Positions 1-9,545 of a stretch of DNA of 64,000 nucleotides are shown here, in pieces. A program made the translations under genes and the position numbers. Positions within the stretch are counted from its first letter, which is position 1. Every line of letters starts with the position of its first letter. Source of the DNA: a virus (lineage: Duplodnaviria; Caudoviricetes); IMG/VR virus record IMGVR_UViG_3300032257_000008, positions 1-64,000 of that record; one strand, given 5' to 3'. Below the pieces are notes generated by a model. It searched no databases and was not told the origin of the DNA. It saw only the letters and a program-made list of their open reading frames with translations.

Positions 1-373
1 TCATGCCTGCTCTTACACCATCAAACATATCAATATCAGTAAGCTGAATCACGCACCCGATAACCACCATGCCGGTAACAGTGCCGTGAACTACAACCTT
101 ATCGACACCAGAGGCGCAAGCTGCGTCTGGCAAATCAAATCGATAGATACCATTGCCAATATGTAAAAAGCCACCGTCTGTATGTGCTGTAGTGAGTGCT
201 GCGAGTGTTGCCTCTGTAATTGCTGTTGAGGCTGCTCCGTCTCGTCGATATTGCAAATCGATACCAGCCGTATTCCAAACAACACCGGTTTCTGGTGTGC
301 CGTCTATTGAGTCAACTATACGCAATTCTACTGATACGTCAGTCGTTCCTTTCTTGATCAAATAATTGTGCAT
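1..373 (-). CDS. Partial virion structural/tail-associated protein, runs off the left edge and is missing from the ORF track
   Basis: My translation from ATG at 373: MHNYLIKKGTTDVSVELRIVDSIDGTPETGVVWNTAGIDLQYRRDGAASTAITEATLAALTTAHTDGGFLHIGNGIYRFDLPDAACASGVDKVVVHG..., open to base 1. Starts 10 nt after the previous stop, Thr/Ala/Gly-rich. Confidence 0.75.
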   Translation of the reverse strand, partial: MHNYLIKKGTTDVSVELRIVDSIDGTPETGVVWNTAGIDLQYRRDGAASTAITEATLAALTTAHTDGGFLHIGNGIYRFDLPDAACASGVDKVVVHGTVTGMVVIGCVIQLTDIDMFDGVRAGM

Positions 374-383
374 AAGTTAATCT

Positions 384-2888
384 CTATATGTAACTCATCA
401 TTAATGGCAGTATACCACTACTAGGAGCTGTTGGTGGAGTGTAATTGCTAACCTCGGTACTAGAATACTCTGAGTTATCAAACATAAAGTAAAAGAACTC
501 AAGATCACTAACAGTATTATTATCATTACCTGCACCCAAGGACCACCAATGAGTAGGTGGATCTTGCCAGGTCTGTGTTTGAGTATCTCGAAGGATGTCA
601 TCTACATATAATTTAACGGTTCGATTAGCACCTGAACCACCAATAGTTATTGCAACCTTATATTCTGTAGTTGCACTTGGCAATGTATATGTAACTGGAT
701 TCAATCCATCGATATTAAAACTAAAAACACCGGATGCATCTATATCACATGCCCAATAACCAGAACTGAAATGACTATCCATGACCGTATTACTGGCCTT
801 AAATGCAGTCGCTTTAATTCCCATGATAAATGTACATTCATCAGGAATCTTTGCAAAAATATCTACATAGTATTTCTCATTTAAATGAAAGCTACCAGCA
901 GATCTAGTAGGTACAGCTGGTTTAGTATATGTACGAACTTTATATGAGGGGTAACTGTTACATTTAAAGCTTGTTCCATTAAACTCAATATCTTCTAGCT
1001 CATTGGCAGCGGGATCACACCAAGAACCTACAACAGCTCCATCCATATCAAATTCATAAATTCGTTCAGCTCCAGTAGTAGCTGATGGATTTTTAGCAAC
1101 GGCATAGATACTGTCAGATGTTGATTCGTAAAATGCACCATTACACGCTATTCGAATGTCAGAATCTACTGTACCAAGAAAATTATATGGTGATGTTAAA
1201 TCATAACGCCAAAACTTTGTTCCATAAGAATAACTAACTACAACAGCTTCACCATCAGTATCATCAATCGCAACACCAGAAGCTGGGAAATTTTCATTTG
1301 CCAGGTCAATATAATGATCAACAGGTAAATTAGTTAATGTTGTGTCATACGCAGCTATTACCATAGTTGTCCACGTTGGCCCACTGTAATAGCCAGCAGA
1401 TGCATAAAGCTTGCCGTTATAGTGCTGAGTACCACCGATAGAGCTTGGAACATTAGGGGAGGTCGGTAAGCCGGACATTGGTGTTGTATTACTATCTATT
1501 GTTGTATCAAGCGCTAGATTACGCTGGACAACAGTAGGGCCGACACCACCTGCAACATAAGCGTAAGTACCGTCCTCTGCATAAGACTGATATTCAGGCT
1601 GGGCTGATGACGTGCTACCTACTGTTAGCACTTCTCCTATTACAGCATTAAATCGTGAGTCATAAGTGTTCGCACAAACTGCTCCAGATACGTCATCAAA
1701 AGCTAATTCTATTAATGGATTGCCGGTGTTTTGTGTAGCGTCATAATGTACGCCAATATCAGTAGTTGTAGATGCTGGTCTCGTATTTCCGAAAATATCT
1801 TCAGACGGCACATCAGCATCAGTAGACGAACCGACCCCTGCATTTATAAACTCTGACTGCCAGCCTGATTTATAATCTTGAAGGAAGCGATTGTCAAAAT
1901 AATAAGGATCATTCCAGTCTGATACTGTGACAGGATTTGTTCCTACCCCCGTTGCAGTTGCACAGTTTGTAAGAGTAACTGTACCAGTTCCACCACTAAC
2001 AGTATTACAGTTATAAGCACCATTTTTCGCAACAGTTGCAACAGATGAATTATTCCATAATCCTCGATAACAGTTATCTTGAACACAGTTATATTGTCTG
2101 TGGGTTTTGTTGGTTGACCCGTTGTAAGAGGCGATATAATCATTTGATCCACGCTTTATATCTACTTCGATAAGTTGAAAATCATCAACATCGCCATTAG
2201 CCCAATAAATTCCACGAATATAGTTACCGCCAGTAGCAGCACATTTCATTAACATGTTGCGACGAATTAATTTACCTGTACCTGTCCATGATATACCGCG
2301 TCTTGAATTACTGGTTGGCGCCCAGAGAATCTGAAAACCTTCAAACGTTACATAATCTGTATCTAGTGTAATCGCTGTAGCATTACCCACACTAATTTCA
2401 GATTTTGTACTATCGTATTGGGCTGCTGCAAAATCACCTTTAATGATTAAACGATTAGTTGCGTCCGTTATGGTAGTAGATGCATGTGAGATTAGTGTGG
2501 TATCGCTATTACGGAAGTTTATAGTTACCGTACCACCACTGGTATCATCAATTGTATTAAGGGTTACACTACCCTCAGTCGCACCTGTAATTGTAGTATC
2601 TGTGCCAAGTGGTGTACCTGTAAGCACTTCATACTGTAGGGTTGTACCAATAAGAGATATAAATCTAGCAGTTGCACCTGAACCTGTGAATGTTAGGGTT
2701 TGATTCGCTGTGGTAAAGGCAGTTGTAACGGTAACAGAAGCTTCATTAATATTAGAATAGTCTTGTCCATTTGCACATTCAACAGCTAATGCTGCATCGA
2801 CAGTAGAGTAGGCATTAGCCCAGCTCGAACCGTCTGCATTACCACCTACTACATCTGGATCAGCATATTTTTGAACATCAACAGTCAT
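384..2888 (-). CDS. Multi-domain tail fibre/receptor-binding protein (pectin-lyase-like N-terminus, propeller-like middle, LamG/ConA-like C-terminus)
   Basis: 834 aa, T/S/G/N-rich. GNADGSSWANAY motif is typical of pectate-lyase-like proteins. Lies in the late tail module. Confidence 0.65.
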   Translation of the reverse strand: MTVDVQKYADPDVVGGNADGSSWANAYSTVDAALAVECANGQDYSNINEASVTVTTAFTTANQTLTFTGSGATARFISLIGTTLQYEVLTGTPLGTDTTITGATEGSVTLNTIDDTSGGTVTINFRNSDTTLISHASTTITDATNRLIIKGDFAAAQYDSTKSEISVGNATAITLDTDYVTFEGFQILWAPTSNSRRGISWTGTGKLIRRNMLMKCAATGGNYIRGIYWANGDVDDFQLIEVDIKRGSNDYIASYNGSTNKTHRQYNCVQDNCYRGLWNNSSVATVAKNGAYNCNTVSGGTGTVTLTNCATATGVGTNPVTVSDWNDPYYFDNRFLQDYKSGWQSEFINAGVGSSTDADVPSEDIFGNTRPASTTTDIGVHYDATQNTGNPLIELAFDDVSGAVCANTYDSRFNAVIGEVLTVGSTSSAQPEYQSYAEDGTYAYVAGGVGPTVVQRNLALDTTIDSNTTPMSGLPTSPNVPSSIGGTQHYNGKLYASAGYYSGPTWTTMVIAAYDTTLTNLPVDHYIDLANENFPASGVAIDDTDGEAVVVSYSYGTKFWRYDLTSPYNFLGTVDSDIRIACNGAFYESTSDSIYAVAKNPSATTGAERIYEFDMDGAVVGSWCDPAANELEDIEFNGTSFKCNSYPSYKVRTYTKPAVPTRSAGSFHLNEKYYVDIFAKIPDECTFIMGIKATAFKASNTVMDSHFSSGYWACDIDASGVFSFNIDGLNPVTYTLPSATTEYKVAITIGGSGANRTVKLYVDDILRDTQTQTWQDPPTHWWSLGAGNDNNTVSDLEFFYFMFDNSEYSSTEVSNYTPPTAPSSGILPLMMSYI

Positions 2889-2892
2889 ATTA

Positions 2893-3129
2893 TTATTGTT
2901 TATCCCTTATTTGTTTCCACTTAGCATTACAAGTGTCTCGATACACTCTATTTTTAGCGTTAGCGAATCCTAAATTACTAAGGGTAGTCTGTCCTTTTTC
3001 AACTATTGCATATTTACAATTAGTTGTTAGTTCATGACCACGAGATATAGCTTTAGTACAACTAGTCGAATGTAATAGTACCACATGTAGAAGTATCAAC
3101 AAAATTAGCTTCTTTTTTATGTATAACAT
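2893..3129 (-). CDS. Putative o-spanin (lipoprotein)
   Basis: Basic N-terminus, hydrophobic stretch and lipobox-like STSC. Start is embedded in the 3' end of the upstream membrane-anchored gene. Confidence 0.6.
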   Translation of the reverse strand: MLYIKKKLILLILLHVVLLHSTSCTKAISRGHELTTNCKYAIVEKGQTTLSNLGFANAKNRVYRDTCNAKWKQIRDKQ

Positions 3130-3319
3130 CTAATCGCTCCTTTTCTACTTTGGATAGTTTACTAGATACAATTTCATCCGATTTAACTACAGATAACTCT
3201 GCATGTGCACCAAAAAATGCATGCCCATACCATCCAACTGTAGCACTAGTACCAATGATAGTAGCCAGGATAATTGAATATACTGCTACACGCATTGCTG
3301 GACCTAATGTGAATGTCAT
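3062..3319 (-). CDS. Putative i-spanin
   Basis: N-terminal TM helix followed by a short helical segment. Sits between the holin and the overlapping lipoprotein gene. Confidence 0.55.
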   Translation of the reverse strand: MTFTLGPAMRVAVYSIILATIIGTSATVGWYGHAFFGAHAELSVVKSDEIVSSKLSKVEKERLDVIHKKEANFVDTSTCGTITFD

Positions 3320-3525
3320 TTAGTATCTGCCTTAGTATAATGAGCAGCTCGCCATTCTCTACCTACCCATATAGCCAATATAGTTGTAGTAGCAGTTGCA
3401 TATTCTGTTAATGTAGGTGTTACAGTCATAGTAAAATACTTATAATTCATAATGACTAAGGATGTAACAACTAATACAAGTGTAGATGATTCTCTTAGTT
3501 TAGTAATCATTTGTAGTAATCCCAT
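3316..3525 (-). CDS. Putative holin
   Basis: 69 aa, two hydrophobic segments, basic C-terminus, directly after the endolysin. Confidence 0.6.
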   Translation of the reverse strand: MGLLQMITKLRESSTLVLVVTSLVIMNYKYFTMTVTPTLTEYATATTTILAIWVGREWRAAHYTKADTK

Positions 3526-3911
3526 ACAACCATTTCAGATTTACCATAATCACTATCAGCATCATCAATATGGATTGAACCATTATTAATACCAATACGA
3601 GTAACTTTACGTCCTCGAAGATTACCATTATCAATACGAATATTTCTACGAATGAGCCAATCAATAATAAGAAAGCGCTCCCGTGAAGAACAGATTATAT
3701 CAATGGCTCTACCTTGATGTGCTCCACCTGGTTTACCATCGTAATATTCACAGCGATAGGCGCCACCTTTAGGTATAGCCATTGAGAAGCCCAAGCTTTT
3801 ACGCATAGGAACAACTACATCATCCATAAAATAAGAATCCATACGACCATCACAGCCACATGGACAATCTAATTCATGTTGCGGGAAATGTTCCCAAGTT
3901 TGTTCTACCAT
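3507..3911 (-). CDS. Endolysin, peptidase M15A family
   Basis: HF..ELDCPCGC, AYRC, GAHQGRAID and HID motifs typical of the M15 Zn-peptidase fold. Confidence 0.85.
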   Translation of the reverse strand: MVEQTWEHFPQHELDCPCGCDGRMDSYFMDDVVVPMRKSLGFSMAIPKGGAYRCEYYDGKPGGAHQGRAIDIICSSRERFLIIDWLIRRNIRIDNGNLRGRKVTRIGINNGSIHIDDADSDYGKSEMVVWDYYK

Positions 3912-4327
3912 TATATAACTGCTCCTGGAAATAAGAATTTAGCGACTAATATGGCTACAGTAATAAGAGCCCCTATCCATGTAATTCTGGAAGTGATTCT
4001 TTGTGTCATAATTGCTAACTCTACCTTTGTAACATATGTAGCGTTAATCTTTTTATCCATTTTTTCGCTGCATTTTTCTACTCTAGCATCTATTTCTTCT
4101 CGGAAGTTCCCCATCTCAGCCTTAACCTCATCGATTTTTCCAAATAACCTAGATAAGGTTGCTTCCAATCTATTATTAGCGGCTTCTTCCCTTTGGCTTC
4201 TTTCTTGATTCTCGGTCCTGAGTAAGTCTAAATTTTTATCTTGGAATTTGAGCTTCTGTTCATTCAACCTACATAATGTTTCTAAACTTTTTAACTCGTC
4301 AAGACTTTTACCTTCATTACCAGCCAT
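3911..4327 (-). CDS. Coiled-coil protein with C-terminal TM helix (holin/antiholin-like)
   Basis: Heptad-rich body and hydrophobic C-terminus WIGALITVAILVAKFLF, adjacent to the endolysin. Confidence 0.5.
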   Translation of the reverse strand: MAGNEGKSLDELKSLETLCRLNEQKLKFQDKNLDLLRTENQERSQREEAANNRLEATLSRLFGKIDEVKAEMGNFREEIDARVEKCSEKMDKKINATYVTKVELAIMTQRITSRITWIGALITVAILVAKFLFPGAVI

Positions 4328-4346
4328 AATGGTTCTCTGTTATTAG

Positions 4347-4646
4347 TTATTTACTTGTGAGTAAATCTGATATTGTCCCGATTACTGGAATACTAAACAT
4401 ATTCACACGTTCCATAATTTTTTCTATATCTGTTTTACTTAATTCTATTGTAGATTTAGCTGCCATGATTCTCTTAATCAGGGCATATAACTCTAACTTT
4501 TGTTTTAATGTTGTCTGTGAATCTGATTCAGTTATGGAATCAAAAGCTTTGGTGAGAAAATATTTCAGAGTAGCTTCTTTACCATTGTCTGTTTGATAGG
4601 CTGCACCTGCTAAGTTTGTAATAACTGTATTTAGATTTACTTTCAT
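4347..4646 (-). CDS. Hypothetical protein, paralogue of 4686..4997
   Basis: Aligns end to end with its neighbour (GKEATLKYFL vs GKDATVRYFL, MFSIPVIGTI vs MFSIPIIGAI). Confidence 0.8.
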   Translation of the reverse strand: MKVNLNTVITNLAGAAYQTDNGKEATLKYFLTKAFDSITESDSQTTLKQKLELYALIKRIMAAKSTIELSKTDIEKIMERVNMFSIPVIGTISDLLTSK

Positions 4647-4685
4647 TTTACATTACCTTTGATTAGAGCTTGATACTGTATGTAT

Positions 4686-4997
4686 CTATATTTGCTCATA
4701 TTTAATTTGGAAGAGTTCTGCTATAGCCCCGATAATAGGGATACTAAACATACTCAACCGGTTACATAGTAATTGAGCTTCATCAGCTGTTACTATTATT
4801 GTTTTACGTTTAGTAGCTAATCGTTTAGCTACTGAATATAATTTAAGTTGTTCATTAATGCTTAATTTAGCATCATTTGGATTAGCTTTATCAAAGGAAT
4901 ATTGGAGAAAATACCTAACTGTCGCATCTTTACCTTCTTCAGTTTTATAGGGAATACCAGAGAAGCTAGTAATAACACGTTGTAAATCCACCCTCAT
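4686..4997 (-). CDS. Hypothetical protein, paralogue of 4347..4646
   Basis: See neighbour. RBS-like AAGG upstream. Confidence 0.8.
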   Translation of the reverse strand: MRVDLQRVITSFSGIPYKTEEGKDATVRYFLQYSFDKANPNDAKLSINEQLKLYSVAKRLATKRKTIIVTADEAQLLCNRLSMFSIPIIGAIAELFQIKYEQI

Positions 4998-5003
4998 AAA
5001 ACC

Positions 5004-5708
5004 TTAAGCCCATCCGTTATCGTCTAATCTAGAGTTATCAGTATAAGTTTTAAGAATTCCACCAGTTTCCTTAACAGTACGTATAGCAGCTAAGAATTTA
5101 CTGTAATAAGTAGTGCCTTCAGTAGCTTCACTATTATTCATAGAGCTGTAAGCTCGATGAGCTACGTAAGATAATAGGGCTTCTAATAATTGTTCTGGTA
5201 AAGCTACTTCTATGGTTTCTGGGGTAGCAGTAGTTAGAGCAATTTTATCTGGATACGCACGATACGTTATAGTCATCGTTGTCTCATCTTCTGGATATGA
5301 CATTGATACGGTAGTGGGATTTGGAGTAAATAAGGATAGTTCATCATCAATGCTATTAAGTGGGAATTCGTCCCCATCAGCGTCAACAATTCGTACAATC
5401 ATAAGTACATCATTAGTAAAGGGAGAACTGATAGTATCAGTTATATATTTAATTGGTTCAACAGAGTCAACATTAGATACAGCATAATCATCATTTAGGA
5501 TATATTCTGTAATACTATCATCTAATGTAATAAGTACCTGTTTCTCTCTTAGGCTAAACCTCTTATATATTTCTATCATAGCCAGGTTTACGTAAGAAAT
5601 AACTTTGGGGTAGTCTCTAGCCTGGATTCCACCATCATCAGCACTACCTATAGCTAATTGCGACAATTCCCCATAAGATAAGTATTCAAATATTTCTGAT
5701 AGCTTCAT
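5004..5708 (-). CDS. N4 gp67-like virion protein (head-tail adaptor)
   Basis: 234 aa directly downstream of the terminase. LSYGELSQL and EALLSYVAHRAY motifs as recalled for N4-like phages. Confidence 0.75.
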   Translation of the reverse strand: MKLSEIFEYLSYGELSQLAIGSADDGGIQARDYPKVISYVNLAMIEIYKRFSLREKQVLITLDDSITEYILNDDYAVSNVDSVEPIKYITDTISSPFTNDVLMIVRIVDADGDEFPLNSIDDELSLFTPNPTTVSMSYPEDETTMTITYRAYPDKIALTTATPETIEVALPEQLLEALLSYVAHRAYSSMNNSEATEGTTYYSKFLAAIRTVKETGGILKTYTDNSRLDDNGWA

Positions 5709-5743
5709 GTCATAGCCTGGATTAATGTTAATTCATGATAGCT

Positions 5744-5772
5744 ATTATATACATCAAATCGCATAAAAACCA
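5744..5772 (-). promoter_or_regulatory. Possible late sigma70-type promoter (TATAAT, weak -35)
   Basis: Perfect TATAAT at 5749-5744 in the terL/gp67 gap. The -35 is poor. Confidence 0.3.
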
Positions 5773-5773
5773 A

Positions 5774-7426
5774 TTAAACTATATATGAATCATAAGATGA
5801 AGCATTATCATCATCATCTTCCCACATACTAGAATCATCATTGGCGCCAGGCGCTACACTACTAGGTTTCCAGGGTTTTAGTACAGATAACATTGAAATA
5901 GTATCTAAACAATCATCATGCTTACTTTTAAATCCTTTAGGGGTAGCCAACCTGAGTTCATTCATATGCTCAACGATTATAGGATCCTTTCGCATTTCTG
6001 ATGGGTACCATATCTTTCCTGTTTTGAACCAAGGTACAACAACATTGAATCGTTCCATCTTATTTGTATTTGGTTTAATGCCCGGCTTACCATTATTATT
6101 TTCTGATGCCAAGGTGAACCCATTATTACGAACAATCATTTGTTCTTGGATCCAAGGTATAAATCCACCTTGTTGACCAGATACTTCAATACCAACTGCC
6201 TGAGGCCGGTATTCTTGGGCTAATCTGAAGAGGTCATCTATATTTTTATCCATTAATTGCTTCTTACAAATACCATCAACCCAGAGCCAATCGCCATTAG
6301 AGTTATATGCCCAGACTGATATTACACTGAAGTCAGCACTTGTCTTCTCAGAGGTAGCAAAGTCAGTAGTAATGTAGAAATTAAACATTCCACGTAAATT
6401 TAGGACCAGATTACGGGAGTACCAGGTAATATCACTATCTTGTATTAGTCGATCTTCATCAGACATGATACGAAGCATCATTTCCTGATTGAATGTATCT
6501 AATTTTCCAGTATTGAGTGCTTTCTGGTACATGGCCAGTACAGCGTCATAAGTAAATCGATCATCCCAGGCGCCACGAAATTCTTCCCGGGTACACGGAA
6601 ATTGCTCACATACTGGGTAAACATTTACATACCAACCACCAGATTCCACTGCTTTATACAATGGATCTCGAGCATTAAAGGGAGTTCCGGACCATATTAC
6701 TTTACGCTTAGTTGGGTGCAATGCGTAGTCGATCGCTTTATAAACTGTATCCTCAATACTGGCTATTACTGTTGGTGAACGAGCATCTTCATCTGAAACT
6801 AAGTCATCTAATACTGCCAGCTTAGGACGAGTACCTAATTCTTTGGCTCCACGAACACCGGTCTTAGCACCATAACCTTTAACAATTGAAGTTACTCCAT
6901 CTTTGTTAGTAAATTCCCAGCGAACATCTGTAAATTTTACCTGAGGAATATATTCTTTTAAGAAGTCACTATCGTTATAACGGAACTCGAGATTCTTACG
7001 CATATTTTTAACACCGTTATCGATGCTATCTGATACGTATAGTGAAACATCTACTCTACCAAATTCTGGGATGTCTCCGTAAACTCCAATGTATAAAAAT
7101 AAATACTCAGCCAGGACTGTAGTTTTAGCGGATCCACGAAAGAGCATATTACAAATATTTTGTCTCTTCCCTCGGACCTCATCAAGCATTTTAAAGTGTA
7201 ATACCGGGGTTAAGTTTTCTTCCCCTTCAGCACCATTTACTAATTTAATAAAATTAACAAACTCTAAAGCAAAGTCACTGGGTATGTACCCCTCCTCCAC
7301 TCCGTACTTAACAGCATCAACATATTGTTCTACAGTTAATGCTTGGCCAGGGGTGCCTAACAATAAATTTTCTTTTTCAATTTTTGCTAGATCAATTTGC
7401 CCTATATTGGCACCGGTATTATTCAC
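5774..7426 (-). CDS. terL: Terminase large subunit (N4 gp68-like)
   Basis: FRGSAKTT Walker A, LAVLDD Walker B, GTPF, nuclease motifs TTDFATS and KHDDCLD. Confidence 0.95.
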   Translation of the reverse strand: MNNTGANIGQIDLAKIEKENLLLGTPGQALTVEQYVDAVKYGVEEGYIPSDFALEFVNFIKLVNGAEGEENLTPVLHFKMLDEVRGKRQNICNMLFRGSAKTTVLAEYLFLYIGVYGDIPEFGRVDVSLYVSDSIDNGVKNMRKNLEFRYNDSDFLKEYIPQVKFTDVRWEFTNKDGVTSIVKGYGAKTGVRGAKELGTRPKLAVLDDLVSDEDARSPTVIASIEDTVYKAIDYALHPTKRKVIWSGTPFNARDPLYKAVESGGWYVNVYPVCEQFPCTREEFRGAWDDRFTYDAVLAMYQKALNTGKLDTFNQEMMLRIMSDEDRLIQDSDITWYSRNLVLNLRGMFNFYITTDFATSEKTSADFSVISVWAYNSNGDWLWVDGICKKQLMDKNIDDLFRLAQEYRPQAVGIEVSGQQGGFIPWIQEQMIVRNNGFTLASENNNGKPGIKPNTNKMERFNVVVPWFKTGKIWYPSEMRKDPIIVEHMNELRLATPKGFKSKHDDCLDTISMLSVLKPWKPSSVAPGANDDSSMWEDDDDNASSYDSYIV

Positions 7427-7907
7427 TAGCTAATTCCATAGATTTGTTAAAATGATTATTGATACAACTTAAAGTATCGCATTCAGCACATGCATTTTCA
7501 GGTTTACCTAAAAATCTTGGATCAACTATCGTACCCCAAGCATCTAATTTTTCTTTTTTCTTTTTCTCTTTTTCAATCATGATAAGTTCCAACCGGGCCA
7601 AAGCATTCCAAGCTACGCATGCTGCATGTAATTCTTCTGTGCCTGGGTCTTCAATTGTACCCATATCGTATTCTTCAATATACTCAGTTAACCAATGTCT
7701 TTGCATTGCGTCAGTATATCGATCGATCCCATTAGGTACCTCAAGGAAACCAAAGTCAGTATATTTAGCTGCCCCCTTGGTACCTACTTTACCAACTTCA
7801 GTTAATGCCCGGGTGAAACCACCCAGAACCAACCCTAATCTTGGTTTACCGGCATCTAATTTTGCACCGGTATCATGTTGATCTTTCCCCAAAGGATCTT
7901 TATTCAT
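7419..7907 (-). CDS. dATP/dGTP diphosphohydrolase domain protein (DUF5664-like)
   Basis: GAKLDAGKPRLGLV, GAAKY, RYTDAMQRH and LHAACVAWNAL match the family pattern. Confidence 0.85.
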   Translation of the reverse strand: MNKDPLGKDQHDTGAKLDAGKPRLGLVLGGFTRALTEVGKVGTKGAAKYTDFGFLEVPNGIDRYTDAMQRHWLTEYIEEYDMGTIEDPGTEELHAACVAWNALARLELIMIEKEKKKKEKLDAWGTIVDPRFLGKPENACAECDTLSCINNHFNKSMELASE

Positions 7908-8595
7908 TTATTACCTCTACTTCAGCATCAATAACAATTTCAGAATGTGCAATCTGTTGCGGTGTTGCACTTCCATCATTTAACATTTTCTTCTGTTGTT
8001 CTACCAGAGCCTGAGTAGTAGCACGAAGATCATTAATAGCTTTATCTTCTTTCATACCAATTTCAAGTTCAACTTTCTTAGTTTCTGGTGGTTTAAGGTG
8101 AGTTAACAGACTATTAGCAGCATCAGATCGTACTTTTTCACTATTAGCTGTAGTCATGAGCTGAACTTGAGTATTAATTGCTTTCTGGAAGTTATCTGCG
8201 TTTAGTACATGCGTAGGAACAAGAGTTTGCTCCGTTATCTTCATTACTAACTGAGTTTTGTTATATGCGGCACAATAACTACTAATAGTCTTATCATCTG
8301 CCCCTTCATTGACTAATCGTTGAAATCTATCAGGGAAAGTCTTGGTATAAGCTTCAATATTACTTGAACCAAGTAGTTTATGGCTCACATAACGCACAGC
8401 ATTAATATAATCATTAATTTTGTACTTACCATCTGACATAACACCGGTAAAGCTAAGTAGATTGTCCCTGAAGTTCTCTCTTAACTGTTGGTCAACCATA
8501 AGACCGTTTAAGTTATCCACCATCTCCTGGTTTACCTTGGTTTTAACACCTTTAGGTAATGCTCTAGTGAATTGGTCTATTGTTAAATCACTCAT
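7900..8595 (-). CDS. N4 gp69-like protein (candidate terminase small subunit)
   Basis: YINAVRYVSHKLLG, AYTKTFPDRFQRL and SEKVRSDAANSLLTHLKPPE as recalled for N4-like gp69, upstream of terL. Confidence 0.8.
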   Translation of the reverse strand: MSDLTIDQFTRALPKGVKTKVNQEMVDNLNGLMVDQQLRENFRDNLLSFTGVMSDGKYKINDYINAVRYVSHKLLGSSNIEAYTKTFPDRFQRLVNEGADDKTISSYCAAYNKTQLVMKITEQTLVPTHVLNADNFQKAINTQVQLMTTANSEKVRSDAANSLLTHLKPPETKKVELEIGMKEDKAINDLRATTQALVEQQKKMLNDGSATPQQIAHSEIVIDAEVEVINE

Positions 8596-8601
8596 TTGTT
8601 C

Positions 8602-9240
8602 TTAACCTTGTGTTATTGATTCACGGATTATCATATAAAAAACGTTTCTAGCCAAGGCATCTAAGTCGATAAACTCAGGCCTGATTTGATTTAAAGCTAA
8701 AATTTCTGGTATACGTTCAAATTCTATAGCATGGATATAATGCTCCAGTTCCCGGTAAGGAATGGGCATATGATCTTTTATTTTACCTTCTATGTAATTT
8801 CTGAAGGCTTTTATTGCTGCATGCACTTTCATTGACATAAGCAGGTCATCATCTCTGAATAAGTCAGGATTCTGCTTGAATACCCAGTAAGTGAAGGCTG
8901 CTACAGCATCTTTAGCATTTACCCAGAACTCACCATCACTAAATAACTCTCTAAGTTTATTATTAGGTAACCGGAAGTGCTCTTGTGTATTTAATTGACT
9001 TTCCTGAGCCATTCGAATAGAGATAGCTGTCATACTATTCCCAGGTTTAGCTGGATCTGTACTCATTATCCGATTAACTTCTTCATCTGTCATTTCAAAA
9101 GGATTATTAGATGAAGCTGGCGGTATTATACCTGGCCCAGTAGATTGCATAAGATCTGCTACTTTTTTCTCATAATCCCGGTATTGTATATTCCTACCTA
9201 TTTCACGGATTCTATCGAACATACGTTTTTCATTACTCAT
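8602..9240 (-). CDS. Hypothetical protein
   Basis: 212 aa, tightly packed with neighbours. Confidence 0.7.
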   Translation of the reverse strand: MSNEKRMFDRIREIGRNIQYRDYEKKVADLMQSTGPGIIPPASSNNPFEMTDEEVNRIMSTDPAKPGNSMTAISIRMAQESQLNTQEHFRLPNNKLRELFSDGEFWVNAKDAVAAFTYWVFKQNPDLFRDDDLLMSMKVHAAIKAFRNYIEGKIKDHMPIPYRELEHYIHAIEFERIPEILALNQIRPEFIDLDALARNVFYMIIRESITQG

Positions 9241-9545
9241 ACTTCACAACCTTTCACTAATGCCGTAAATTCAGGGCGTATCAACTGAGTCCCATAAAAA
9301 TTACTAACACTAAAAATCTTTGGTTCTCCAGCTGGGTAGAGAAGAAGATTTTCTATTTTCTCCTCTGCAGTGAGTACTTTTGGTTTACCGAACATGGTTT
9401 CTCTTACCCCAGTAATACCACTCATAGCATCCATTACATCATCATGAATAAACTTATCAGGACGCTCTATTTTAAAGTCTTTCATACCACGTATCAGATT
9501 TGCTGCCATTTTAGCTTGTAACTCTATATTTCTATTAATAGCCAT
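9237..9545 (-). CDS. Hypothetical protein
   Basis: 102 aa, overlapping start/stop with neighbours. Confidence 0.65.
   Translation of the reverse strand: MAINRNIELQAKMAANLIRGMKDFKIERPDKFIHDDVMDAMSGITGVRETMFGKPKVLTAEEKIENLLLYPAGEPKIFSVSNFYGTQLIRPEFTALVKGCEV

Noticed and set aside
7419-7907. Z-genome (2-aminoadenine) system
   Set aside because: No PurZ or DatZ homologue is visible, and the diphosphohydrolase alone is insufficient.
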